Assembly: GCA_017499595.2 (NCBI GenBank)
Contig: CM039001.1
Span: 620,001 to 684,000, forward strand
Origin: Psilocybe cubensis
Taxonomy: Eukaryota
Length of the DNA stretch: 64,000 nucleotides
Reading direction: 5' to 3'
Of the stretch, positions 38,247 to 51,267 are shown one piece after another. The position numbers and the translations under genes were made by a program. The notes under the pieces are model-generated. The model searched no databases and had not been told where the DNA came from. It was given only the letters and a program-made list of their open reading frames with translations. Each line of letters starts with the position of its first letter. Position 1 is the first letter of the stretch.

Positions 38247-40918
38247 ATGGGGGCCTCACTCTCCGACGAGGCGTACGACGCCCTTGGGGCAGAAACTAGG
38301 GGTCATTATCTTGTTGGGATGGATCCCTGTGGTTTTATGGAAACTTTCCTACCTTGGAACTCGAATACACCCCTTTTCTACACGGAACGATGCCCAGAAC
38401 CAACCAGAATGCAATCTCTGACATCTGTGCCACCAACACAGGCGCAACAAAAGGAAAGCCACATGTATGGTAAATTTGTAAATATTTTCATACTTGTCTT
38501 TATTATGCGTCAGCTAACTGAAATCGCTGTTTTGTTGATGTAGGTTAGTGCCCTTGACAGTTGGGTTACAGATACAGACACCAAACAGAAACTCAGATTT
38601 GGACACAATGAACGTAGATGTCTCTACATATTGGGAAGATGATTTTACAGTTACCAGTTCATGCACATTCTCTCTTCAGCAAACCCATGAAGTGTTCAAG
38701 AGCGATATATCTCATGACGCTTTTGCCCACCATCTCGACGAAGGCCCCGAAATCGTTGAGATTATCGACAAAGAGAAACTTAGTCCTGTTGCTTCCTCAC
38801 CTGCCACCGGTGACTGTAATTCGGATTTGGTTGGCAATGTGGGGACATCACCGCTTTCCACTGATTCTAATGCGTCTGCTAAGCTCGACGTTGAAACACG
38901 CCAACAGTCCGCGAAACGGAGGCAACCATTTCAGAAAGCCTTCTAAAACCGGTCGAAACACAAACTCAAATCGGAAATCATATTCGCGGTCAGATCGCTG
39001 CATACGCCGGCGTTGCCTTGTCTATGGCATTTAGGACCCACTTTTTCTCGATGCTAATTCTAGGCCAGTATGCACGGTTTATACGCTGGGATCGACGTGG
39101 GGCCATTGTTACGAGGAGGTTTGATTACACTGTCAACCCTCACATCGTGTTCGAATTCTATCTCCGCTTTGGCCAACTCACCCCCCGACAGAGGGGATTT
39201 GACACTAATGTAGAACCTCTGAAGGCGGGTCTTCCTCAACGCGTCGCAAATGCCTTCAATGCATATTATCACTTGTCATGGTACCAGGGTGCCAAATACA
39301 GTCATAAATTAGATCCCTCAAATTGCATTTCTGCCTCGGATATGCTTTTCTTCCGTATTCGGATTGAGGATCGCACTCAGGGTCGCGTCGATAGCTTTAT
39401 TATCCCAGCCCCTGCCTACAAACACTCGTACGTCATTCCGTTTGCTCGTGCTTCCAGGCGATGCTTGGCGTATTTTGATGACCCCAACGCGCCAAAAATG
39501 TGTTTTCTCAAAGATTCCTGGCAAGAAGTCTCTCTACGTTCTGCTCCGGAGGCAGATATTTATCGGCGTCTTCAATCCAAAAATGTCCCAAATATAGCTT
39601 CCATGCGTCTCGGAGATGATGTTGTTGATCTCGAGACAGAGACACAGAAATGGTTCTATCTTTTATCTCACAGTGGTCGATACAAACATCTCGGGGCCAT
39701 GGTTTGCCATCGTCTTGTGATGGACACCGTTGCTCGTGATCTATCAACGTTTACTTGGTGCAAAGTCCTCCTCAAGTGTCTTGCTGATGCAATCGATGGT
39801 GTGTGCGTTGTTAATTACCATTATAACTCCTATTAGTGACCATTCATCAGCTTCCCAGGCAGCGTATAAAGCTAAAGTGCTGCATCGGGATATCAGCGCC
39901 GGCAATATCATGATAACTGTGGATGAGAAGACTCACGAATTACGCGGCATTCTTATCGACTGGGACATGTGCCTTCTGTTGAAACAACGAAACGTTGGCG
40001 TTAATCGCACTGCAAGAACTGTAAGCGTCTCTTTGACTATTTTTCTGTATTTCCTGAAAATGAGAAATAGGGCACGTGGGCATTCATTTCCGCCCGGCTT
40101 TTGAAGAGTGCAAAGTCGTCAATACCTGTCATTCACTCACTTTCGGACGACATGGAGTCTGTTTTCTGGGTCTTAGTCTATCAGATCTTTTGATATACCC
40201 GTCATGACACAAAAGATGCCGAACTTTATCGACTCTTAAACAGTCTCTTTAACGACGCTGCCACATCTGACAATACGTGGTAGGAGGAAAGGCCAAGTCG
40301 TGGATATTAAGCAGTTGTCGGAATGACATGGTCAGTAGCGATCTCACCAAATTTGCGAAACCCGAACTGCCAGAAGTCCTGCACATACTCGGTTCTGTCT
40401 TCTACGCCCCTTACGCTCTTTTAGCCAAGCAAGCTAAGAAACAAGAGCGCTAACTCTCCAAGTCAACAAAAAATGCCACCCCTACCTACCACGACGAAGA
40501 ATCCAATTCGAGCAGTGATGAAATCGACGAAATTCCTGTCAAGGCTATGAAGAATTTGGATGACCCTGACGAGAAATGGCTGTCTAAATATCTTCGTAGA
40601 GCTGCAAGAACTATGGAGCCATTAGGTGTCACACCGACTGGTTTACTTTCGCCCGACCTAAATTCTCATCCTCCAAAAAACCCTGATGAATGGAGACCGG
40701 CACTCCCTGAACACTCTGGCGTGGATTTTTACCACATGTGGTTTGTAAAAAATCAGAATGACACCGAATTGGCGCAATCAAGACATGTCTCTAAAATCAC
40801 ATCTTCCATGTTCAATCGCATGAATGGTCTACCTTGCCGCTCCGGAAGCGCCAAGCGCCCTTTCGAAGACACGGAGGAGGATAATAAGGCGTTAAAAAAA
40901 CATCGCCCAGTTTCTTGA
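38247..40918 (+). pseudogene. Fungal-type protein kinase (FunK1/Pkinase_fungal) pseudogene
   Basis: Motifs RGQIAAY, RFIRWDR, FLKDSW, HRDISAGNI, IDWD and DDMESVFWV are present. Relative to the adjacent paralog it has a ~29-nt deletion near 38608, a frameshift near 38900-38950, an in-frame TGA at 40191, a 1-nt deletion near 40275 and a TAA near 40451. Confidence 0.85.
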
Positions 40919-41352
40919 CAATGTTACGTATCGAGGAGTCATTTTATCTTGCATATGTTAGCTTCTTATATTTCATCTTTAAATTCATCTTGCAATTGGG
41001 ATTTTGATTTGCTTCTGACCGTGCGGAGCGCTGGGGTCACGGTCGGGGATATTGAAGTAGACACTTTATAAATGAATTGTAAACGCTCTTAATTTGATTG
41101 CATTTATCATCGCATATGTACATTGTGTCCGGCAAAAAATTTGGAATGTAAAATGACAAGCAGATAGACCCGATGCAAAGTGACAAATGACATCTTCGGA
41201 AGTTGATCATGAAGAGGTGACTCCTGAGCGTGGGAACGAATAAATTTGGTATGCCTTCACGCACGCGGGACTATTAAAGTTGAACACAAACTATTGTCAT
41301 CATATATCATAGACCTCTGGTATTCCGACACTTTTACCAATTAGTGCATTCT

Positions 41353-44048
41353 ATGGGCCACCAAGTTGACGATGGAACGTATGATGCTCTTGGGCAGCTT
41401 TTGAAAGGCAAATATCTTGTTGGGATGATGCCAGAACGCTTTTTGGAGGAGTTCCTATCATGGAACGCAGATACACCACTGAACTACAAGGAGCAACAAC
41501 CAAGTGCAAACAGAGTACAATGCATCATATCAGAGTCATCAACGCACCAGCAGAATACAGAGGGCCGTACGTTTAGTAAACATGTAAGCATTTCCAGTGC
41601 AGATCTTATGTGTAGAGCTAACTGGTTTGGGTTGATAAATAGGTCTGCGCCCTTGATGGTTGGGTCACAGGTACCGATACAAAACAACAACTTAGATTTG
41701 GACATTTTACGCGTCCTGACGATGCCTGCGGTTCCATGAACGTTGAGATATCCACATACTGGGAAGAAGACTTTCCGAGCATCGCTTCCGGCTCCTGTAA
41801 CTTTGCTCTGCACCAGACTCATGGAGTGTTCAAGTCCGATATCTCACACGATGCATTCGCCCACCCATTTGATGAAGGCACTATGGCCGCTGAAGATTCT
41901 GAGTTTGTGGTCAGAAAAATCGAGATTTTCAGCTCTGGCGAAAGTAACGAAACACACGATGCAAGTATATATGGCAATGTGGTTTCTGCGAAGGAAAAGA
42001 AAGATGAGCAAATATCACAGGAAGATGCAGTACTCGATGGGTCACCGGTAGTCAAGCTCAAAAACGACCTTTCGAATTCTATCTCCAATATTGAAATAGA
42101 TACCGAGCCTGCAATTCGTACACGGGGACAGATTGCTGCATACGCTGGTGCTACCATGTCGATGGCCTTCAGGACCCACTTTTTCTCCATGATGATCCTT
42201 GGCCATTATGCACGATTCATACACTGGGATCGATCTGGTGCTGTTGTAACGAGCAGGTTTGATTACACCAAAAATCCTTACATCATCTTCGAATTTTACC
42301 TACGCTATGGCCAACTCACGCCTCGGCAGAGGGGGTTCGATACCAATGTGCAACCCATCAAAGATGGTTTACCCCCGCACGTCGCCAACGCATTCAATAA
42401 ATATCATCGCAAATCATGGTACGAAGGTGCAAAATTTGAACATAAAACCCACCCTTCCAATCACATTCCCATCTCGCAGACGCAATTTTTTCGCATCAAA
42501 ATTGAGGACCGGACCCAAGGCCGTGTTGAAACCTTCATTATTCCACCTCCCATCTATAAAAAGTCGTCGCTCATGCCATTTGGGCGAGCCTCCAGACGTT
42601 CTCTGGCATATCTCGATGACGCTGTCGCACCGAAGATGTGCTTCTTCAAGGATTCGTGGCATGATATCTCCGAGCGTAGTGCCCCAGAGGCAGATATCTA
42701 CCGACTTCTCCAGTCCAAAAACGTGCCAAATATCGCATCCATGCGTCTGGGGGACGACGTAGAAGGTTCGGAAACTAAAACGCAGAGATGGGTTTCCGCC
42801 TTCGCTCGTAGTGGTCAGCATAAACGTATCGGAACTATGGTTTGCCATCGCCTTATTATGGACACTGTTGCTCGAGACTTATCAACCTTCACCTGGTGCA
42901 AAGTTCTCCTTAAATGTCTCGCTGATGCAGTCGATGGTAAGTGTGCATTAGCTTTCTGCGATAAAAACACTACTTTAAACATTTGCCAGCTGCCCAGGAA
43001 GCATATAAAGTCGGTGTGTTACACCGGGATATAAGCGCAGGCAATATCATGATTACCATGGACGATAAGACACACGAATTGCGCGGCATCCTCATTGACT
43101 GGGATATGTGTCTTCTTCATAATCAACGAAACTCCAATATCAATCGTAAAGCAAGAACAGTAAGAATTTGGATGTTTCTTATATATATATATATTGTCTA
43201 ATAGATATTACTTGTAGGGAACTTGGGCATTCATGTCCGCCCGACTTCTGTCTAGCACAAACGCCTCGAAGCCTGTTATTCATTCCCTATCTGACGACAT
43301 GGAGAGCTTTTTCTGGGTCCTCTTTTATCAAGTCCTGCTATACACGCGTCACAGCAAATCAGGCGAAGAACTTGAACAGCTCCTGCAAAGTCTCTTCGAT
43401 GATGCAGCGAAAGGCGATAATGGGATGGTCGGGGGCCAAGTGAAGATGTGGGCTTTGCAAATTGCCTGTAACCCTAGCTCGATCAGGCGCTTCACAAAGT
43501 TTGATAGAGTTGAGCTGGAAAAGGTTCTCCACGAGCTCGGATATCTGTTTAACTCCCCTTACGTACTTTCTGAGCAAGAAGACGAAGAACGAAAAGCCCA
43601 AAACTCCAAGGTTAAGGTTGTCGAAACCGAGGTCAGCAAACCTGCGTTCTCGGATGATGAGGATGACCCCGACGACGACGATGATGATGATGCCGAAGAT
43701 GATGAAGATTCCAATAAAGACGACGAAGACGACAACGACAACGAAAGTGAGGAAGAATCAGACGATCCTGATGAAGAAAATCTTTCTCTACAAGGGCATG
43801 TCGGAAATCCCAGCCCTATACGGAAGGATCTAAATGATCCAAACGAAAAGTTGTTGTCCGATTATCTGCGCCAAATTGCTCACTCGATGGAGCCTTGGGG
43901 TGTCACTCCAGCTGGTCTACTTTCGCCCAAGCAAAATTCTCGCCCTCCGAAAAATCCTGCCAGATGGAGGCGTGCACTCCCAAAACACCATGAAGCGGAC
44001 TTCTACCCCATGCGTCTTGCGACGGATGCAAATGTAAAGAGTGGGTAG
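41353..44048 (+). CDS. Fungal-type protein kinase (FunK1/Pkinase_fungal)
   Basis: RGQIAAY, ARFIHWDRSG, FFKDSW, HRDISAGNI, IDWD, RT|GTWAFMSARLL, DDMESFFWV; three introns; acidic C-terminal tract. Confidence 0.9.
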
Positions 44049-45581
44049 ACTAGACAGGGCCCTAAAATGTTAATTATTACAGTCAATCGCACGGATGGTC
44101 TATCTATCAACTTGAGGCGAGCCAAACGTGCCCTTGAAGATGACGGGACGAAACATCATCCAAGTATAAATTTTTCAGATATCAAGTGAAAAAGTAGTTG
44201 CACCCATTAACCTGAACGTTTTGTAACGTCATTTCTGTTTTTAAAAAAATATCAATATCGAATCGTCCCTGCATCACACTGCACATGCCCCAAGCAACCT
44301 CATTCAACACCACGCGTGTAACTAACATTGGTGGGCGCATTACGCGGCCCAACAGTGACCCAGTGAATACCACTGGCTCACACATACCAGACCCGCGTGT
44401 CCATGCATCCTCCATGTGCAAGTTACTCCTGGGTGTGTTTGATGCCAAAGAGCCACAGCTGGTCAGCATGAGAAAAGACCAAGATGGCTGGACAGAGAAA
44501 TCACATATAAGAGCGATATGATATATAGGCTAGTGGGGAGCTATTTCCCCATAGATGAGTGCCAACCTAAACAACACCGCTGTGATGTGTTTCCCAGAAT
44601 ATTTTAGACCGGCGGCCGCCGGGTTCCACCTTGACAGCTCTGTAAAAAGAATAAAAAGTAAAAAATCAAGAGTACGGATTTTGTCCAGGTGCATTAGCCA
44701 GTGGAAATCGCACAGAAACTGCGCGTATAGTATCAAAACTTGTATAGAGGAGCGCTGGCGTGAGGAACCCAAGAGTTTTGACTTTTCCTATCAGAAAGGG
44801 GCATCAGATTATACTCGCAGTTGCAGGGTTTGCCACAGGTACTTGATGGAAGGTTGGACAAGAGGAAAGGAGAGAGGAAAGTATGGGACTACGATTTGAA
44901 GAAAAGGTTGTTTTGGCGTAGGTGTATGTGGCACAAGTTGTACCATCAGCAGGACGGACAGCACTTATATATCACGACAGATAATCAGCGAAAATGAATT
45001 CGGAGCCTTCGAGTGGTTCAATCCCGAAATATCTGCGTGCTAGCTTTCAAAATAGAGAAGTTGCATACGGTCCTACGTGGATTCGAAAGATTTTCTGCAA
45101 TACTTGGAGAAACTTTTTTCAGTATTTGTTAATTCCGGATTCCCTTGACGAAGTTCCAGAAGTGATTTCCACATCTTGAACATCAGAGATAGCTGAACGC
45201 AGCACCAGGCCAAAAAGAGGAAAGTGGTGTAGTTTGAGCCAGTGACAGTAATATCAGTTACGTAGAGAAGATCCTAGAGTTGACTGCTCGTGCGTCGCTG
45301 CAGCAGCAGGGTTACACGAAGCGAATGAGGGAAAGGAAAACGGACAGCGCACGATGGAAGAAAACAAGAGACATCGATCCGCGGATCGGAGATAGTCATT
45401 ATGTGGTGCTTGTACATGCTTGGCAAAGGCATCCGACGTCCGTGAATTTCCTAAACAAGAAGTGCGCCGAACGCTCACCCTCTCGTTCAACGCCTGCACC
45501 GGTGTCTATTCTCCCAATCCTTGTCGAAAGCCTATTGCACACTCGCCAAGACAGAGCGCATAGCTCACGAGGATATCTCCA

Positions 45582-47643
45582 ATGCCGATAAGCAAGAAGA
45601 TGGTGTTCTCGGAGGACGAGGAGTCGGGGTCTGACAGTGGTGAGTGATGTGCTATTCCTGACACTGCCAACGCCCGTGGACGAGTGGGTGGCACTACCCA
45701 ATTTATATGCGCATGGGAATTTCTTCTTTTTGATGATGTGCTAACGTTAACTTTTTAATACTCGCCTCTTCCACCCTTTGGACCTGTTTGTCTTTGGTTC
45801 CATTCGATTCTTCGTGACCGCTCTTCCGTGCTTCCCTTCCTCCCTGCACTGACACCGCAATGCCTCCTCGTACTCGTCGCTCTGCCGCCGTCGCTGCTGC
45901 TGCCTTGGTCGCAGACATGCAGATGGAGTCTGAACCAGAAGAAGAAGAAGAAGAAGAAGACGAAGAAGAGGAGGAGGAGCAAGTCGACATCGAGAATGAC
46001 GACGAGGACGGAGAAGGCGAAGAAGGAGATGAAGACGAAGATGCCGAGAGTGAAGAGCAGGACTCTGTATGTTTCGTCTTTGTGGGCTCCCTGGATGGTG
46101 CCTTCTTGATGATTGACTGTCATGGTTGTTCTTACACAGGATGCTGAAGAGGAGGAAGAGGAAGAAGAAGAAGAGCCAGTAGTACCCCAGCCTCGGCTAA
46201 AGATCACACTTAAGCTCCCCGCGAACAACACCTCCTCCAACAGTGGTGGGACCGCCACACCTGACGACCAGGAAAATGACTATGTATTCACGCGTACCCC
46301 CAGGCGGCGCGCTAAAAGTACGCATATAACCATGTATTCCTATTACACGCACGAAGCTGACTGGAAATCGTGGATGCAGCTAAAGTCATACAAGATATCG
46401 ACGTCGAATCCGAGGACCCAACGTCCAACTCCGACTCGGAAGAGAAAGAACAGTCTGCGCCTTCGCGCTCCACGGGCACCCCCTCAGGCACTGCTGGCCC
46501 CAGTACAAAGCCGATGACGACGCGCCAGGCTGTCTTGGCGAGCGTAGTTGACCCCTCCCATGTTTCTTTGAGTAAGTGTGGCCGGATGGACTCATTCGAT
46601 CGTGTCCGAACCTCTAATCATTTGTGTACTCTACAGATGAAGGTACCAGGAGCAAGAAACAGCCACTCAACGAGACAGAACTCGCTCTGCGAAGGGAGGA
46701 GACTGCCAGAAAGCGGAAGAATCTCAGCGAGAAGAAGTTGCAGGATGAAAAGGTTCGCGTTTATTTCTTGCATTCCTCTGTCATTCCATCCATACGTGTC
46801 TACACGCGCATCAATATCTCCTCTGTGAAAGAATACGACTAACCCATCTACATCCTACAGGCAGAAACTATCAACCGTCTGCTCAAAAAGCAATCGCGGC
46901 CCAAAAATAAACGCAACAACACGGGCGACGATCGCTCACCAATGCCCGGCTCTGGCGCGCGCACGCCCAAAGTCAAAACAGCCGCCGCCGCCGCATCAAA
47001 GAATGGAAACGGAGAGGATGGAGAGGATGCCGAGGGTGATGAAGATGAGGAGGATGCGATGGAAATCGTGCCGGAGCCTGTGGAAGAGGTCAAGCCCGTC
47101 ATGTATCGCTGGGTATCGACGATCCGCGCGTTGCCCCCGGTGGAGCCTATTACCGCTGCACCTGCAAACGGTGGAGTCACCGCGGATGGTGAAGGTGGGA
47201 TGAAACATGAGGATGTAGATATGCAGGTGGATAAAGAAGCAGATGGGAAGCAGATGGTTGTGAAGAAGGAGGTGCAAGTGCCTATCATGCGAATCACGTT
47301 CTCCATCCCTGAGCTCGCCCTCGCTCGTCATCCACCGCCACCCACTCAACCCAATACCGTGCTTCCAACCTCTGAAACTATCAACCCTTCAAACTCTACC
47401 GCAATGCAAGTCGACGACGACAACAGCGTCAGCAAACCCTCTGAAGAAGAGCTGCAACGGCAAGCACGCGAAAAAGAGCGGGCGGAGAAAGAAGCAAGGG
47501 CGCGTGGGCCGGGTGTGTGCGCTGTGGACGGGTGTGGACTGCCGCGCAAGTACCGGCACCCGGGGGACTGGACGGTCGGCGCTTGTGGAATGGGGCATTT
47601 GAAAGAAGTTGGGAGGCTGGTGGAGAGGAGGGCGGTTGTTTGA
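45582..47643 (+). CDS. IES2: INO80 complex subunit Ies2/INO80B (PAPA-1 domain)
   Basis: MTTRQ motif, ALRREETARKRKNLSEKKLQDEK|AETINRLLKKQ, YRWVS and a C-terminal Cys/His motif. The start is uncertain: 45582 (spliced) or 45860. Confidence 0.82.
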
Positions 47644-48333
47644 GCTTTGTGCTGTGGTGTTGAGGTTGAGATTGGGTGTGGGTATAGCTGCTATTTTGTA
47701 TATAATGCTCAATTGTAAGTGCTTTGTTTCTTTTGATGGGTTTATGTAGAAAACTGATGGTTTCTAATAGGTATTTGTTGTATGTACTGGATTTTTGGTT
47801 AATTGATATTGGGTATGCCTTCTCCGTGGCTTTATTTTCGAGTCTTCAAGTACCATTTCTATTTGGTTTTTTGCTCAAGGGTTTGAGTCTTTACTTTACT
47901 TTGACAAAGAACATTGTAAGCAATCACTTTACAGTCACTAAGTTTGAGTTTTGCAAACTGAAATTCATCATCCTAGCTTATTACGTAGGGATTGCACAAT
48001 TTCGATTATATTCATGCTAAACCCGCTCCTACCGGTGGTTGAGTCTTAGATTTATGTTTGTCCCAACTCATTTCGTTGCGACGGCAGGTAAACAGGACTA
48101 GGATGATTTTAACCTGGACATTTGGCCAAGTAAACTACAAGTGTCGTTGGCTCACGTGTACTTCTAGCACATTCTCTCACGTTGAACTTCGTGTCTTCCG
48201 AGCGAGTCAGATTCATAAAGCGACTACGCTTCCGTTTCTGTTCCCCATTTCCTCACTACGACCACCCTCTTGCCACGCACCTGGCCCTATATCATCACGG
48301 TGGAAAAGAGAGCATTGTTGGTGAAAGGGCAGC

Positions 48334-49721
48334 ATGGACTGCACCATATGCCTTGACACTATCGAGAACGGGAAAGCGCGCTGTTTGCCTTGTGGTACGT
48401 CTACCTCACTTGCGCATATACCTACGTTTCTCTGCCCTGCGAAAGGAGTTTTTTTATATACGCTTATTTTTTACCTTTTTTGAACTTCTATAGGTCATAT
48501 TAACTGCGAAGATTGTGTTCTGTCGCTTTGGAAAAAGAACAAGACGTTTTGGGGCTTTCGATGTCCAGAGTGTCGAGAGGAGGTTCGGGGACCACGTACG
48601 TTTTTTGCCTTTGTATTATGTATTTATTGTGTATTCATTGACTACATTGGATAATATGACCTCTAGAATTGTCCGCGGAGAGTATACGTAAAGTGTACTT
48701 ACACCCTAAAATGGACCCGTCAGCCCCTTCCTCCTCGTCAAGGACCACCCACGACAGTAACAATTCTATAACAGAGTCTCAAATTAATCTCAAACTCGCC
48801 ACCGCCCATAAAGAACGCGATGCCGCGCTAGAGCAGCTTGCCTTCCTGCGTGACCAGCAGGCGTACCTTGATAATGCGCTGAAGCAGGCACTCGACAATC
48901 TCGATGCGCAGATGCACTACTACCAGGCGGAGCTCGCGTGTCTGCGACAGGTGGAGGCGAGGAGACGCGTTGAGGAGGAGGGGAGGCGGCGGGAGGTTGA
49001 GGAGGTGCTGGGAGATTTGAGGTGTGTGGTTAGGGTTCTGCAAGATGAGAATGCGGTGCTCAAGAATGATATTGGGGTGCTTCTTCGGGAGCAGGAGAAG
49101 CAGGAGAAAGAGCAGATTGGGAATAGGGACGCGAAGAGTGTGAAAGGAGAGGTGCCTTTTTCGAATAAGAAAGCTGAAGATGATGGTATACCTGAGGGTG
49201 CTAGTGCTTGTCACTCTGGAGGATCCTGCTGTATCGAACGTGATTTTGTGGACGGGGCCCCAGATACATCGACAACTGTCGTAGCTGTTTGTCAGAGTCC
49301 AAACACCACCAACACTGTCACAAGCGACTCTGACACACAACTCCTGGTAACCAACTCTGCGTTGGATTCCGACTCAGGATTATCTGCTATTATTATCGGT
49401 ACTTTTTCTGATGCAGATGCAACCGCTACCAATCTAAATGTCGACGTCACTCTCACTAATGACAACATCACCATCGCTTCCGCTCCAAGGATCAATACCA
49501 CCACCTCCTCCTCCTCTACTGCACAGAGAGCATTAAGGAGGGGTACCGATATCCGCTTCACAGGGTTCTCGTACCCCAAGAAGCACGTAGTCCCAGACTG
49601 CGTTCCTGAACGCAACGGGGTCCACCGATTCCTTGGGACGGGGAGTAATACCCACTACACGCGCTTCAGCTGCAGTTACTGCGGCTTTATTTGCAAAGAG
49701 CGCAAGCCGCAATACAGTTAA
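48334..49721 (+). CDS. RING-HC + coiled-coil protein with C-terminal Cys/His module (paralog 1)
   Basis: Spliced MDCTICLDTIENGKARCLPC|GHINCEDC...RCPECR, then the 48669-49721 ORF. Confidence 0.88.
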
Positions 49722-50326
49722 TTTAAAGAGAGAAAGGTGTGTGTGTTTGCTTGTTGTTCTCGTGAGCGTAATTCTGACATTTGTTTTGTTGCTGGAAGAA
49801 CAAGAACATTGTTTGCGTTGTCCTGCTTTTAAATTTTATGTATTTGTTTGTGAAGTGTTTAATGTACGAGTATGTTGCCTGCCCTGGAGGCGATTGACTA
49901 GCAGAAGATATATTGTGAGTTATTTTTCCCATTTTTTTCTTCATTTCTCGAGAATTTGCGATTGATGGCCTTTGCAGAAAGGAATAATGATGTATTGATT
50001 TTTTTTATTCAAGGGAATTTTCAAGTTGTTGCAGAAGCCTATGGCATCGTCCGATTCTAAGCTCGGTATATCGAATAATTGTGTTCCCTAGTACGTAGTA
50101 GTGCGTCGTCTCAGGCCTCATGCGTATCAAAATAACCCTGCGACTCTATCTATCTGAAATGGAAGTCCTATCACCTCTTGACGTAAGAATAGTCATGGGG
50201 TGGATTATACATATATAAGTAAGAATATGCAAGAAATGCACGTGTAGGGATCTCAGCGCTTCTTCTGCACTGCCCTTCACTATCTCTCAAGCATCATTTC
50301 GATTGCAGTGCTGCGTTGAACACAGT

Positions 50327-51267
50327 ATGGACTGTAGCGTGTGTCTCGATGCCATTGAAGATGGAGATGGTCGTTGCCTGCCCTGTGGTATGCTCACGAC
50401 TGTGCGTTTCGGCTCAGCTGATCATAGACCTACATGATACGTATCGTTCAGGCCATATCTTTTGTAAATGCTGCCTGCAATCACATCGAAATCATAATGC
50501 AACACTGTCTGGTGGGTTCCTGTGTCCGCAATGTCGCTCTGAAATTGTTCCAAAAGGTACGTCCTTGATTTCACCCATGCGCTCTCGGTTCTACAGTTCC
50601 AACTATGTTGAATATTATCATACACATAGGAGATTCTGATGATACCATCAGAAAGGTTTTCTTGAGCCTTGAGTCAAACTCCGAGCAGTCCATAGACATA
50701 ACGGAGATCGAGCAATTGAAGGCACTTCTGAAAAAAACACAGCAGGAAAGGGATGATGCTCGATTAAACCTTAACACTGTTGGAAATCAGCACTCCATAG
50801 ACACAACGGAGATCGAGCATTTGAAGGCACTTCTGGAAAAAACACAGCAGGAAAGGGATGATGCTCGATTAAACCTCAACACTGTTCGCAATCAGCACTC
50901 CGGTCCATGCCATGAAGAAATTGATCGCCTTCAGACGCTTTTGAACAGAATTAGGAATAAAAGGGACGTACTTCATGCACAATTAAAAAAAGCGCTCGTG
51001 GACAACCAGACTATGACACATGGCCATGAAAAACTACAAGCATTAGGTAGGACGCAGGTAAAAGAGCGCGACGATCAAATAACTGCCTTGAAACGAGCGG
51101 AGAAAGCGTCCCGGGCTATGATCCACGTGCTGGAAGAAGAGAACAGAGTACAGCAGAAGGAGATCGTCTCCTTATCTAAGTATGCAAATAGGACGATAAA
51201 TACTTTAGAGAAACAAAACATGCGGCTGCAGGAGCTCCTCGCCAGGGCGAAGCGAGTTAAAGCCTAG
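50327..51267 (+). CDS. RING-HC + coiled-coil protein (paralog 2)
   Basis: MDCSVCLDAIEDGDGRCLPC|GHIFCKCC...LCPQCR|GDSDDTIRKVFL, then coiled coil. Confidence 0.85.
50689..50898 (+). repeat. 105-bp tandem duplication inside the coiled coil of RING paralog 2
   Basis: SIDITEIEQLKALLKKTQQERDDARLNLNTVGNQH / SIDTTEIEHLKALLEKTQQERDDARLNLNTVRNQH. Confidence 0.95.

Noticed and set aside
45703..46258. Poly-Ser, poly-Phe and poly-Lys ORFs
   Set aside because: Alternative frames or strands of the GAA/GAG acidic tracts in the IES2 gene.
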